A DNA stretch of 64,000 nt from Phoronis australis (GCA_002633005.1 NMRA01000126.1:140979-204978), one strand, 5' to 3'. Positions 1-13,449 are shown, numbered from the stretch's first letter. A program made the numbers and translations. Notes: generated by a model not told the origin, from the sequence alone.

Positions 1-1306
1 TCGGATACCACCCATTTAAAATACACAAGATGAGATAATTACAGAAACCGATGGGGAGGACTGTAGTCCCTGTATAGCCAGCCAAGGCCGAGGAGCTACG
101 TGTTGCCTGGGTCGATTGGCTAATTAGGGGCTACAATACTTCACATCACTTTCTGCACTAATTAAAAGGATGGTAGCCAAAATCCGCTCAGCGATTAAGA
201 GTTTTCACCTCGTTACACTCAAAACTATCACTTAAAAAGCACTTACTTTCTTAAGTGATCCTTTCTACTTCTGTACATATCTTTGATGAAGCACAGCTAT
301 GAGAATTAAGGTGACTTTTGCGAAGAATTCCAACTCCACTTTTTTGGTCACCATTAACTTTTTCACCACACGCATGTTAACCACAAAGTATTTCAACTGA
401 GTCACGCGAGTTACGCAAAGGCTGGCGCAAGACTGAGTGAAGCGCCTGACCTGGCGCATGACAATTGTAAAATAGCATGGGGAAGATATCTGGTGAAAAT
501 TGTAAGATTTGTGTCCCTTGGACTTCTTGTTGGTCAACTGACAGATTTTAAATAACTTACTCAAAATGACACTCGGTGAGAGAAACTCAAGTGAACCATG
601 AAAGATTTTCACGGATATGTTCACGATATGCTGAGTAAATTGTACCCAGAGTCATTGGTATGTGTTAATTATAACTCCAGTCCAGGCATGTGCATGTATC
701 GTATGATCATTCGATTTTATTTGCTGTATTTTGAAATGAGTAACTTTTTATAGGGAGGCACTATCGCGACTGTATGTCTGCGGCATTCAGGGCGATGTAA
801 TTGCCTACGTATTGCCTACTTCTTCAACTGTTGCCTGTGTCCCACTGGTCACACACAGGCACAGTCAGTGTGGCGTGGCCGTGGGCAGTGACAGTGTGGC
901 TGTGTTCAGCCGTTGGACTCTCAGGCCGGCGGTTCGAGTTCAAAATCCTCTGCCATCCATCATATTAGATGATGAGAAACTTACACTAACTGTGGTACCA
1001 CGAAGACGACAATCAATGGTATAATAGCTGCAGCATGCACTAGCCTACAAGCATGTAGTAAAAACAAAATTGTATCCTCTCATAACACCGGAAGTACTTT
1101 CATTGTTTAGTTAGATATTATTGCAAGAAAAGACGAGTTGAAATTTCAAAATTTGCATTTTAAGTATATTTTTTAACAAATTGACCACCAATGATGTAAA
1201 TGACCATCTCTGTAACAAACAATGAGGAATGTGTCAAAGCTGAGTCAAAATCTGTTTGCTCGGCTACACATTTGTTCTATCTCAACATCCGGGGAAACGA
1301 CAGGAA

Positions 1307-1320
1307 GTGTTCTTAGCAAC
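1307..1320 (+). promoter_or_regulatory. RFX X-box-like motif with overlapping ETS-like CAGGAAGTG, upstream of CYB5D1
   Basis: GTGTTCTTAGCAAC has a good 3' half-site (AGCAAC) and lies about 40 nt before the ATG of a ciliary gene; the match to the GTNRCC-N-RGYAAC consensus is imperfect. Confidence 0.4.
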
Positions 1321-1357
1321 AGTTGGAAAGCGAAGTTAGGTCATATATTTTTTCATA

Positions 1358-1475
1358 ATGCGCCCCAAATACTTCACAACGAACGAAGTTTCCATTCACA
1401 ACACGTTAGACGATCTCTGGGTCTCATTTCTCGGAAAGGTCTACAACTTAACTCCACTTGTTGACCGATTTAAAG
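1358..1475 (+). CDS. CYB5D1: Cytochrome b5 domain-containing protein 1, exon 1
   Basis: [34 protein letters not shown], a cyt-b5-fold N-terminus typical of CYB5D1; donor AG|GTAAAT, phase 1. Confidence 0.93.
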
Positions 1476-2170
1476 GTAAATTAATGATGAACGTTACCCA
1501 TCTCTGTCCGTTTCACTTGCTGCGTCTTGCCTTGCAGTTGCTGTTCACCCTAATCGACTCGTACCTCACTCCTAGTGTCCGTTTCAACTGTTTAGCCAAT
1601 TGAATTTCATTTTAACTTGAAAATAAATAAGAGTAACATTAGCTGGGTTGCTGAATAAACAATTTTCAGGTTTATCGAAACCCAGCCGAGTTATGTCTAT
1701 TTTGATTGAGGGGCATTTTTGGGCTCAGTGATAATTGACGTATTACCTTTTATTCAAATGGAACATAGACTGAAACTTGAAGCCTCTATAAAAGGCAACT
1801 AAACTTAGGCCTACGACATTTGTCAAGAACCATGTTAGACTCACCTCCCTTCACTGACTGAACCAGCTGCACATCAAAAGACTAATGCATGCTAAGAAAG
1901 TGACAGCATATTGTTTATTTAATTGGTGAATGTTTGTTATTCACTATTAATTATGGTAGTAAATGTCAATATACTGATACAGCTAATGAGTTTCAAAAAA
2001 AAGTGTAAAGAAGTTTTCATCAATATTACGGCTTGCAATTTACAGTCAATGTGTTTGAGGTCAAATACAGAGGGTTATGGGGGGGTCACTCATGTGTCAG
2101 CCGTGCCAGGAGAGGAGGCAGTAGAGACACTTGCTGAGCACATAATGACCCAGTAAATTCAATGTTACAG

Positions 2171-2247
2171 GTGACGTTTTGCTCAAACCCATCGTAGAAG
2201 CAGCGGGTAAAGACATATCACATTGGTTTAATCCCAAAACCCGAGAT
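2171..2247 (+). CDS. CYB5D1: CYB5D1 exon 2
   Basis: TTACAG| acceptor; (G)[25 protein letters not shown]; |GTAAGT donor; phases agree. Confidence 0.93.
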
Positions 2248-2893
2248 GTAAGTATATGATTTTCTGCTGTACTGTATCCTGCTTATTAGTTGTATTGTAT
2301 GCATTGTCCATGCTAAAGTCCTGTGTAGTGAAAAGATGAATTGTCACACTGTATTGGCACGTATCATAGGCTCATGCGCCTCTATCAGAAATAATTTGTT
2401 TGTTTCAAAGAAAAGTGTTTCACAAATTTTAAAAAGGTGCATGGGTCTAATCTTCACTTATAGGTGTTGTGTTATAGCTAATAAAATAAAAAAGCTATTC
2501 AATTTTCCTATAGTTAGGATATAACCAATTGTAAACAAATCTCCTGATATCTTTAAACTGATGTACCCTGCGATAAACATAGTCGACACACTGCAATCAG
2601 ATCACCTGTTGTTACACAACTACACATGAGAGTCGCTGTTTCTGTCAAAACTGTTAAAACTTATATTATTTTGAAAAATTGTGTGCATTCACAGCATTGT
2701 TAGAACTTCTTGGAAAATGAAAAAGGACAATTTTGGCATTTATTTGTGTCAAAAATTTCTGTTTTCCTTAGTAATTTGAAACTGTTACAGATGGGACAGA
2801 CATCATATAAGACTTCTGCAGCAAATTTTGATTTGTCTGATATATTTTGGAACATTTTATTTGACTATGTATTTTCTACCATTTATTTGACAG

Positions 2894-3112
2894 ATACGAA
2901 CATGTGTAGATCCTATTACTGGCTGTACCATTCAGTACACACCTAATGGACGCTTCATCCACATTCCGCCAGCCTGTCCATCATCTGGCTGGGCCACAGA
3001 TTTTGGCCGGCCATGGTGGAAAGATGAGAGCTACTGTGTCGGCATCTTGTCAAAGAAAACACGCTTTATAAAGATAATCAACACACTGACATCACAAGAG
3101 CAAGTGATTGAG
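2894..3112 (+). CDS. CYB5D1: CYB5D1 exon 3
   Basis: TTGACAG|; [11 protein letters not shown]...[11 protein letters not shown]...DFGRPWWKD...[19 protein letters not shown]; |GTAAAT. Confidence 0.93.
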
Positions 3113-4383
3113 GTAAATAGTAATGATAATGATACTGATAGTGATAGCAATAATGATAATAAATACATGGTAAACCCTCTGGTTTCTCCATAATTAAAGT
3201 ATGCATTGAAATAAATTTATTTGCGAGAGCAATTAGTCAAAATATTCAGCTAAAGAAACAAAATATTTCCTTGTATGTCACGTGTGACACAAACAATTTG
3301 TTTGTTTGTTATGTGTTATTTTTTAATTATTTCTCCTAGTAACTAACCTTTCAGACTATACCAAACTAGAAGCTTTGAAACTATTATTTCAGGTCTTTCT
3401 TAGACAATTATTTAAGTCGGTGAATAATTGTGGATGTGATTATAGTTATATGCATACTTGATTTTTTAACTGTCATGTGTTACTGTGAAGTGACGCATTA
3501 GCTCAAGTTGGGATGGGTACATTGTGTCATAATGATGTTAGTATTAAGTTTATGGAGGATCTTGACAATGAGTCTGTTTATTGAACCAAATGTATACAAA
3601 ACCATTGATTTTAACTCAGTAAAAGTGTATATTTTCAGAATGGAGGAAGCCTGAGTGTAAAATTTGATTTTTTGCTTTTTACCATTTTGTCAATGATTGG
3701 GTCATGTCACCTTTGTCTTTTTGATTAGAATCAGCTAAACAAGGTGCCTTCATAGGAAAGCAATCGTATAGTTAACATGAGCATAATCGTTTGATATAAC
3801 TGCTCAATGTCTAAAGATGAAATCTCAAAAGTACTGTTACATTAAGTTTTTTCATTTATCATTTCATTTTTTTGTTTGTGCAGCTTTTGATTTTTTCACT
3901 GAGAAAATCACAGTCCAATTTTTTATCAACCTTGATGGAAACGTGGAACATTTTAAATAAAATTCCTTTGGAGAACAGTGCATTAACCATAATATTTGAC
4001 AGTTTCACAAGAATCCGATCTGCCATTTCTGAGATAGATTTTCGAAAGTTAGCCAAATTTAAAAACTTTTCTAAGATCTTACATAACTTATTGCTAGCAT
4101 ATGAAAAGTTTATATGAGATAATTAAGTTAAGAAAGAGCATCTCAATCAATATGAAATGAAAAGACAACTTCATTTTTCCATGAATCATTATTCTTTTCA
4201 TTCTCCTAAAACAACATGTTGTTTAATTGGATGTGTTTATTGCTGTAGATCTCTTACTATGCACCTAGCCTGGTTCTGATTATTTGCAGTTTCTATGCAA
4301 AAAATTTTACATATATATACTTATTATAATGTATGATACCATAAAATGTTTTAATGGTTAAAACAAGTCTTTATTCCACACAG

Positions 4384-4471
4384 GTTTGTAGTGAAGAAAT
4401 CATGACAGAAATTTTGGACAGATACTTACTCTACAATCAACATGCAGCAAGTTACACCTGGAAGTATCAAG
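4384..4471 (+). CDS. CYB5D1: CYB5D1 exon 4
   Basis: CACAG|; [29 protein letters not shown]; G|GTAAGA. Confidence 0.93.
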
Positions 4472-5324
4472 GTAAGATCCCTATTAAAACAGATCATGGG
4501 AGTCCCTTGTGGGACTATCAAAAAGGGTGACAAGCATTTTATTCTGCCAATTATATGGTTGCTACTCCTGTGATGCAGGCCCAGATCTAGGACCACTTAC
4601 CCCAGACTGACCGACAGACATAGGGCACACTTTTTTACCATTCTGGGCTTCGAGGGGTTAATCAATCCCCACAGTGGCTTAGAATTTGGCAGATAATTGT
4701 AAATCATGGGTATCATTGACACACAATTGTTTCGAAATAGGCTTGAAAGGTTAGTGAAAGCATTTTTTTGTGAATCCTTCTACAGTCATACAACTATCCC
4801 AGTTTGCTTGTGTAACTAAACTAAGCTTAGAAAGGTTAATGGTGCTGGCTAAGAAGGTTAATTTTTATTACCCCCGTTTAGATTTTGAATAGCTGAGCCC
4901 AGAATGTGGTGTTATGGCTAAGCAGGGGGTCTAAAGCCCCTGGTCACCCCTATGAATTTGCAGCTGTTAATAAAACATATGCCTGATTAACCTTCTCAGC
5001 TGGTAGTATTATCCTGTTTTGCTACTAAGCAGCACCGAAGTCTTGAGCAACAGTTAGGCTTTGTTGCCCACTTAGACTTGGTTTTGTTCTATTTATCATT
5101 TTGTGGTCTTAGTAAATTCCCTGATACATCACAGTGACTCACTCTAATTAGATTGTTATGAAGTACCTGAAATCATATTTGAAATAGATTTCAGTTTCAA
5201 TATGTTGGAAGTGTTTGATGGTTTGTAGCATGTTATGTACAAGAATTGAAAACATTTACGACCACATCTTCTACTATGCGAAGGCTCACTCAATTTTCTC
5301 ACTAATGCATTATTTCTTTTTCAG

Positions 5325-5467
5325 GGCAAAATTTGGACATGTCAAAAACGTTAGAAGAAAATGGAATCGCAGATGAAGATGAAGACTTCTATGTACTTAG
5401 CATGAATGATGACACATTTCTGCAACCTATACATTTGTATTACAATGATGATTTGACTGAAGCCTGA
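5325..5467 (+). CDS. CYB5D1: CYB5D1 exon 5 (terminal)
   Basis: TTTTTCAG|; [22 protein letters not shown]...[12 protein letters not shown]; spliced CDS is 645 nt = 214 aa. Confidence 0.93.
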
Positions 5468-5737
5468 TGTTGTACATTGTATCATGTCACCATCAGTTTC
5501 AAATCGAACAATATGCCGGAACATTCCTTGGCATTAAAAATGAATGTTTGAATTAATATTTTCAAGCATTAAATTTTCCAACTTCAGCTTTGATGGCTGA
5601 ATGGCCAAGTTAATGAAAGCTGGTTGCTAGTGTCTCCTGGTGGTGAAACATGAAAGACATTTTTTATTTCAGTCCATTCCTTGGTTTCTTCATTGAAATA
5701 TTTTTACACCACAGGGCACATTGCACTGGAATGCAGG

Positions 5738-5743
5738 AATAAA
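5738..5743 (+). promoter_or_regulatory. Candidate polyadenylation signal of CYB5D1
   Basis: AATAAA about 270 nt after the stop codon. Confidence 0.4.
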
Positions 5744-6009
5744 ATATTCCATGGCTTAAATTCATAACAAGTTCCAGCTTTTCAACTTTTCATCATGTGA
5801 TGTTTTCTGTAAATATTATATGTATAATTAATTGTCTGTTTTGTAAATATGATGCATTGTTAAAAATATTTATGCTTATTTCCACTCAAAAAGTTATGTT
5901 TGTCTTTCCTTTTGGATTGAATTAAAAGACAGGAGTCAGTTACATAAAAAGTGACTTCAAAGATTTTTAAAAGTAAGAAATTTGATCTCACTCTACACAC
6001 AACTTTGTC

Positions 6010-6300
6010 TGAAAATAATTAAATCTCACTTCAAAAAACACAAAGTCTCTGAGAATATACCCTAAACTTCCAGTTACTCGGGTATGTCTAGACTGTAATG
6101 TATTAACAATTCCATGGCTAAGTCTTTATTTGGTAATTATAAAGTGGGAACACAAGACAAATGTATGTATGTAGTGGGTCTCATGTAACTCACGCTGCTC
6201 TAGAAATCGGAGGCCCAATTATAGGTTTACATTTGCACCACTGTTATGCTATGATAAGGAAATGCTTTTAAAGTACGTCACATCATTTTCTTTTGCTTTC
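6010..6300 (+). repeat. Dispersed repeat, related copy at about 27410-27570
   Basis: Shared blocks ATTAAATCTCACTT, GTCTCTGAGAATATAC, TATGTCTAGA, CATGGCT in the same order. Confidence 0.6.
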
Positions 6301-6947
6301 ATTTTCGTTTGCCCACATAGAGTACATGTAAAAGATTTTCATAAAATGTTCCTTCGTGTTTGGATGCGTCATGAATAACAAACAGTATCTCACAGCAGTC
6401 ACGCAGGATTTTTTTTCAAGTTTCTCCAAATTCATCTTTGCCTACTCGTTGGTGTAACCAGAATTTCTGTAACTGATGAATGATTTTGACCTTTAGGTGG
6501 TCACTTAGGGTCCTGTGTCTTTTATGAGTTATTTAGGTGCCAACAGATATGTTGGCAAAATAATTTTCAGAAGGTATAAAAGCAACTCAAGAATCTCCTA
6601 CAGCGGATAAATACGGGGAGAAATAGCATCAGCTCGTAATAGAGTTGCGTTGCCGTCGCATGATGAGTTAACTTTTTCGAAACGCATACAAAACATGTAA
6701 TTCACTGTATAGAAGTTTTAAGCAGTTCCGAAGTCTTGTGCGCAATTATATGGTGGACAACCGAGAGACCAATCGAAGACATTACGGGGGTGGGAGGGGG
6801 TTGGAAGACCTCCCCTAAAAATGATAACCTCGTGTTAATGTGGATTCGGATTCACTACAGCAGTTTATGATAAAAACTTACTTTGAGCACCTTAATACCG
6901 TTAGATATAGTGTATACTGAACACACTCATTAGAAAACCATACTTTC

Positions 6948-7094
6948 CATTGGCGGATTTAGAGGGGGGCCGAGGGTGCCCCCTTAAAATTCTCCCAAAT
7001 TACATTTGGTAGTTCGGGGGTGCGAATGTGTGGCAAAATGCAGGGTAATACTCTGTACTGCCCCCTCAAACTCAAAATCCTGGATCCGCCTCTG
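6948..7094. mobile_element. Short non-autonomous MITE (CA-TGGCGGAT...ATCCGCC-CTG family)
   Basis: Terminal inverted repeats CATTGGCGGATTTAG / CTGGATCCGCCTCTG with G/C-run subtermini. Confidence 0.6.
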
Positions 7095-7629
7095 TCTTCA
7101 ACGATAGACATCTATGCATCCAACAGTCTGATCGACACGTGCGACTTTCCTACAAACAGCTTCCTCTGCGTCAACAGTTCCTCATAATGATCTTCGCTGA
7201 AAAGAGATACTGTTCTTGGATTTCTTTGGGAAACACTCAACATTTTATTGATATAAAACCATTAAGAATGTTGTATTTGTGTGATTCACAAACAGTGGAT
7301 TTCAAGTTCTTCCGAAGTTGCGTCCTTTCGATGGGGATTAAATGCTATTGTTTACAATACAACATGAGTCTCAAATTTTTAGTTGTTCGGGGCGCATGTC
7401 TTGATGCAGTCTCATGAACATGTTCTTTACGGAGATTTTTAAATTTTATCTGCTACCCCTCGGAAGAAGAAGTTGATAGTGACGGATTTATAGGAGGCGG
7501 CAAAGAGGCNTTACTGAATTAATTTCTGAAATTTGGAGACATTATATGGAATTCTGCCATTGTGTGTAAAGGTTCGAACCCTTTCCGAAATTGACTGGCA
7601 TTTAGGTAAGGCGTAAATTCAAATTATAA

Positions 7630-8640
7630 TTGTTGGCAGGGCGACCAATCAAAAAGTGAGTGTGCGTGCGCGACGTAAAATATAACTAATTTGAAATCTG
7701 ACTTTATCAAAATATCTAAAAAAAAACTATAGATTTTATTTCAGTAAGAGTATGTGTTTTTGAAAGTCTTATTAGAATTTGATTTCTGGGTTTATACTAT
7801 GCCATTGTTTAGAAAAATTTACCAAATGGTAAAGGTACGTTCATAACAAAACAACAGTGTCGATAACACGACCAAATTTTGTTTGGTGTAAATTTTCAAG
7901 AAGAAATTTCAAAAACGCCGTTACAGTTTTCTGATTATCATTTTTACCGTTTTATGGACTTGATATCAAAGATAATCTGCGATGTTTGCTGCTAATTTTA
8001 TGATTCAGTTGTTTTAAGTTACCATATCTAGTGGTCTATCAAACTTGAATGACTTCTGGTACTGTTTGCGATTAAATAGCCAGTGTTTCCGCGAGTCAGT
8101 CTTTTCTGGTTGTGTTTCATCTTTTTTGTTTTTACAAATTCCATTTTTAAACATTCACATGAACAAAACAGGTTTTGATTTTTACTCCAAGCCAATATGC
8201 TGTTTTCTGGTAGAAAATGGTCGAGTTTACCGTGTGTATATTTCTGCCGTAGTTTAGTCGTATGGTTCAATCAATATTTGTTGGCAGGGCACTAGGTAAA
8301 ATAGAACCTTATCGAAATGTCTGTGAATTAAGACAACCATCTACCTAACTATAGATTTTAGCTCAATAAGAATACATATTTTCTGAAAGCAGAAAGCCTG
8401 TTTTAAAAATTTGTCATTAATTGGGTCATCTGACCATGTCTTATGGTCACAATTTAGTAAAAAAGGTACATTGATAGCAAAACAACAGTATCAAAAATAT
8501 CATCAAATTTCATTTGATATTTATATTCAAGATAAAATCTCCAAAACGTTGTTACAGTTTTCTAAAATTATAATTTTTGTTTTCATGTTATGCTTTTTCT
8601 CTTCAAAACCATCAAGGTCGTATATTTGATAGTTCCTTAT
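7630..8640. repeat. Degenerate two-unit direct repeat, period about 620-650 bp (old TE interior)
   Basis: TGTTGGCAGGGC, AGATTTTA...GAAAG, ACAACAGT, GTTACAGTTTTCT blocks each occur twice at similar spacing. Confidence 0.5.
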
Positions 8641-9238
8641 GCGAAAGTGAAGTATTTAAAAAGGAATTCGTAAAGATTTTGATATGAATGCAATCAGCTG
8701 TTTCTGAGACGAGATGTTCCAAATCCGAACATTTTTCTAGGGTCTTACACATCCTTCAGGCAGATCTAGTTGAAGAGAATAAGAACTGATGTACACTTGA
8801 TCTCAAAATGGCAGTCGCTAATTTCGTTTTTTAAAAACAACATTTAGTAAACCCAATTGGCCAAACCCTATACAGATGAAAAAGTAAATAATAGTTATAA
8901 TAGAATTCATTTAGCGACGATTTCAACCAATCCTCGCTCTATCACGTGCTCACGCATCATTGGCGTCAACATAGAAAGATAAAAACAGAAAACAACTAAA
9001 ACTCCTACCCCATATTTCACAAATTGGACATTATAGTGTGCAGTCTTTTCTCACATTTGCCGTGTAATTCGGTAGAAACGTAGGTCACGTTGCCCGTTTA
9101 GCAGGCTTTGAAAGGAGTTTTCAAATTTTCCTCCAAACTTTTGAACTTTTGAGGGCTGTCGAGGGTTACAGAGCATTATTTTGTTTTAGAGAAGTGGACG
9201 GGGAAAGTTGTTTTTATTATCTATTAATAAGCCAAAAG

Positions 9239-9532
9239 CAGTGGCGGATCTACGGGGGAGGGGGAGTTCAGGGGGTTTAAACCCTCCCCTTGGGCCAGGA
9301 TCCAAATATAAAAAAACGTCTCTAGCAAAACAAAAACGGCACCGCCAGCGTGTGTGAACCCCAAGTAAACCAAATTGAGGGGTGGGGGGAGGTTCACTCT
9401 GAAAATATATTTTTTGCATTATGAATTGCTGAGTCTTCGTGGCTCATCGGCAAAACGCACGGAGATCAATTGTGCGCGCGCTTCCGTCGATACTTCTGAA
9501 GTAGCCAAGCATTTTAGATGGATCCACCGCTG
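9239..9532. mobile_element. MITE of the same family
   Basis: CAGTGGCGGATCTA ... TGGATCCACCGCTG, flanked by AAAG on both sides. Confidence 0.65.
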
Positions 9533-11935
9533 AAAGAGCAGTTCTATAGCTGATTTCTTTAGGTAACTATCTTTTTACTCTAACATAAGTTTTGATTTGA
9601 TTAGAGGAAATACCGCAACCCTGATATTCAGGCGAATTCACGTGCAACGTTTTTACCTCATCTGTAATGCTGTGTAATTCTATTACACTCCACACGTTTG
9701 TAACTCGAATTTGACTGATGTATGGTAAAGGTGTCTTGTGCAATATCGTACAGTGTACATGTAATATTTTTGAACAAAAATCTTTTTCCGAAGAAATGCT
9801 ATTGTCGGGCGGGCGCCGTGGTCTGGTTGCGAGTTATGTCTATACAAGGAATGACCAAGGGGGCACTCACATTGACAAAGTGACCGCATTCGCGAACAGT
9901 GTACGGTACCAGAAATTGCGGGGAGGTTGTTCTTTCACAACCAAGTCTTGCGGGACTCGTGCGATGTTCAATAGGCCTCCTAAGGAGCCCTAGTTCCGAC
10001 CTCAACAGCTATTGTCTGCATTGAATTTCAGTGTACTTCTGGTCCCTCGGCGAACTAGTCTTGTGATTTTTTACCAAAGGGTGCTTTGTAAAACTATTTA
10101 TCTCAGCCAGTACTGTTTGGTCCCGCGACAGATCGACCTTTTTTATAGGGGTAATAAGCACAAGTGTACTCTTGGTCTCGTGACGGACCAGGTCAGCCTT
10201 TTTGAGTACCCTCAGTGTACATCTGGTCCCTCTGCAAACTGGTCCAGTATATCTTTTCACCACAGGATATTTTGGTTTCGTGAACCTGTTTTCAGATGAT
10301 TTGTTTCGTGATACATTTGACGTTTTCCAATTGTTGTCAACGTGATTCAGCTTAATAAAGTGATACTTAATTATTTATTGTCGCTTTTAATAATAGACTA
10401 TGAGCTGAGAGCACCATCGTTCGCCCTTTTTTCTTGTAACGGGACAGAACACATGCTTATTTCCGGACTAACAGTACAGGTCTTCGTTCTTAAACAACTT
10501 GAGGCTGCTGTTACGCGATCATTTGATGTTCAAGTTTTTACGCCCCATTGGTGCTCCTTATGCTCTTGAATATTTGGAAGTTGTCTAAATCCCTGTATAC
10601 ACGCCACACTTTTTCGTATATGACTTTTCGTATGCTAAAAAGGTGTGTGTAAGCAGATGTTCCAACAAAAAGTTTTGCTGGTGGCGTGACTCATACCCAG
10701 AGGTGCACAATATGGTTTCACGAAAATTATGAGCCAAGTTCATGTGACGAAATCGAGAAGGGTTAAATTATCTTAAGAAAAACTCCAGGGACATGTTAAG
10801 TGCCAGAAACGTATCAGGATGCATGGAAATTTCACTATTTGGCTACAAAAACAAAAAATGTCTAACAAGGAAGGGGGGTTACCCCTCCTCCCGACCTCGC
10901 CCCGCTTGGCGCCACGCGCCTAGGATTCGACCTTTGCGGGAATCCTAAACCCCCCCTTACTGAAAACATAGATTCGCCACTGAAAGTAAACCGGGTTCGA
11001 TATCTTTTTATTATAGTCTCAAATTGAAAATTGTCCTTGGAATAAACAATTTTTCCTTCAACTTGTATGGCAGATAAATTCAACACTGACTGTATTTTCA
11101 GTCACTCAAATTTAGAGTCTGATTCTGCAATTTCAAATGGAATTTAGTTCTATTTCTATTGAAATTGTAGTAAAAATCGAATGTGCTCATATCACATCCA
11201 CTTTTGCATATCAACTTTTTTGTTTATGAAGGGGAATATTCAAAAGTAATGTTTGTCTTTAGTTACATCGCCAGTTTTCTTATATGATGACGAACATGTG
11301 TACACGTGGTCACATCCTAACTCTCCAATTGTCAATTAGATTATATAATCTAAGCTGAGATATTACTTTCTCACAAAGTGTGAATAATCACCTTCTCCTC
11401 ACGAGTCGTCTAAATAAATCGTGTGTGATTTTTGCGAATCATCATTGTATATCGTGTAATGAACGCAAAGTGCATGCGCTATACTGAAGGCAAGACATTC
11501 AACACACTCCATTTGCACCACAAGCTTGATTAGTTCACCCATAGCCAGGTAATTCCCTTGGTCAAGCTTATAGTTGGAGTTACACGGGAGGCAGTTATCA
11601 CGGAGCAACTAGGCCTATAACACAGAACAGCTGATCAGGCGCAAGTGTGTGTGTAAACACTACTGACACGGAGCAAGTTGACACCGCGGTGGCCATTTTG
11701 ACACCAGTTTGAGAGGTAGAGCAAAGTGCACCCGATCAGCTGCTTCAGTTTTAATTACACGTCTAAACACAAACTGGGGGCGAGGTGGAAGCGGGAATCG
11801 TCTCTGTTACGCTTGCGTAAAATTTAGCATTGATACGAGTGATTCGCTGGCATTCCACGTGGTTTGGACGTTCGCTATTGTTTATGCAAACATTCACTGG
11901 AAAGTGGGGCTATAGCCAAAGTAGTGCACCATAGA

Positions 11936-12014
11936 CCATGGGCGGAGCAGCACTGAAAAAGTGGGCGAGCTATAGCCCCCCCCCCCTCAACTCTCTATGG
12001 TGCGCCGCCCATGG
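11936..12014. repeat. Small hairpin/MITE-like element; related rearranged copies at about 19255-19390
   Basis: CCATGGGCGG...CCGCCCATGG inverted ends; GCACTGAAAAAGTGGG/GCTATAGCCCC core recurs inverted near 19280-19385. Confidence 0.55.
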
Positions 12015-12635
12015 AATATAACCAAGAAGTGTAGTACAATTCTATGTACACTCCTTGATATAACTGCACCGAAATCAAATTCTTTGAAAGAACTTATTCA
12101 CTCGAAGATAGATTCGACTTTTTACTATTCGCTTGTTACTCCGACATTCGCATTTATGTGAACTCGTGAACTCAAGCATTCACTTGGCTGATTGGCCGCT
12201 ATTCGGGTCACTACGTGACATCATTAGGTCAAAAACTGAGATCAAGATGGCAGACGATTTGATTCGTCGTTATTAGAGAAAGGTAAAAAGCGGCGAAATA
12301 CAACATGTAAGAGCGTTTACAGTATCCTAAGCATGTCAAGGGAATTTGATTTGGTTAGTACTAACACATTGAACAAGAATTTTCCTATCATTCTTTAGAG
12401 CAGAGTAATAGCTAATTCATCTACTTACGAGGTTTCTTGGAGAGGTCATCAAATGACAACAATGCTTCTAAGAGGTCTATAAAAAGCAACATGCCAGCCT
12501 AAATTTAAAAAAGGAAAAACGTCTTTTGGTAGCTCAGTAGTGATTAAATTCAGTTTTGCGAGATTAATAGAAAGTGTACTTTATTCTAGCTACGCTGCAA
12601 GCGACATGAGGCCGCACTACCAATAATCACTGAAG

Positions 12636-12684
12636 ATGATAATCATCTTTGAGGCCACATTTTTGCTTATCGTCTTGGAGAACG
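12636..12684 (+). CDS. TSP1-repeat membrane protein, exon 1 (signal peptide)
   Basis: MIIIFEATFLLIVLEN G|GTAAGT; the phase-1 join to 13873 gives MIIIFEATFLLIVLENGLHVVA-NKTVW, a plausible signal peptide. Confidence 0.75.
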
Positions 12685-12710
12685 GTAAGTCATTTTGTTT
12701 TAAAGAGGCC

Positions 12711-12941
12711 AGGGGACCGTTCCAGAAAACTGACTTAGCTGAGACAAATCCTAAAAGTTAAGTCAATTTTAAGATTAACGTCACCGTTAGCAGAAAGCCA
12801 AATTCTTAAGTTTGGTGTAAGTTTTTGACTTAAGTTCGACTAACTTACAGGATGTGAAACTTTCAAAGTTTGGAAGTTGAGACAAAGCTTAGACTTGAAA
12901 GTCAAAAGTGAACTTAAGTTAGTTTCTTGGAATGGGCCACT
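12711..12941. mobile_element. PIF/Harbinger-like MITE nested in the TTAA element
   Basis: About 28-bp imperfect TIRs AGGGGACCGTTCCAGAAAACTGACTTAG / CTTAAGTTAGTTTCTTGGAATGGGCCACT. Confidence 0.6.
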
Positions 12942-13402
12942 AAAATGCGAACAACAGACTAAATTGCATTGTAGTGCTCTGCCACTGAAACAGAATTCAC
13001 CTGCTCACCAAATTTTTATAATTTTGAATTTCTATTGATGTCAAAGTATTTTTCTTTTAGTTTCTAATGTCAAAACGCGATCTGTCTACTGCTCGTCACT
13101 TCTTCGATTTTTTCCAAACTAAAACTCGTCTCTTTAATTGGTATGGCAACGCAAGGACGCAACACATTTACCTTTGATGTAACCAAAATAATGGCGACTT
13201 CAAAACGCAGCCAGTCTGATAAAGAGGCAATTGATGTCCTAACTGTTTATAAAATAAGTTATAAGTTAATAGTAGAATTCAAATATATTCTAAAATGCAC
13301 TTGGAATTCTTTTTGAGGAATCGCTTTCGTCACTAGCTTGCCTTATATTGTTCTGTCAACCTCAGATGTGGAGTGCCATCACACATGATAATCTGCTTTT
13401 AA

Positions 13403-13403
<1 letters not shown>

Positions 13404-13448
<45 letters not shown>
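13404..13448. repeat. (AAT)15 microsatellite
   Basis: Perfect trinucleotide run. Confidence 0.97.

Positions 13449-13449
<1 letters not shown>

Noticed and set aside
265-624. 119-codon minus-strand ORF as a head-to-head partner of CYB5D1
   Set aside because: No recognisable motif and no consistent exon chain could be built
865-955. tRNA-like stretch (TTGGACTCTCA...GGTTCGAGTTCAAAATCC)
   Set aside because: No complete cloverleaf or acceptor stem; at most a decayed tRNA-derived SINE head
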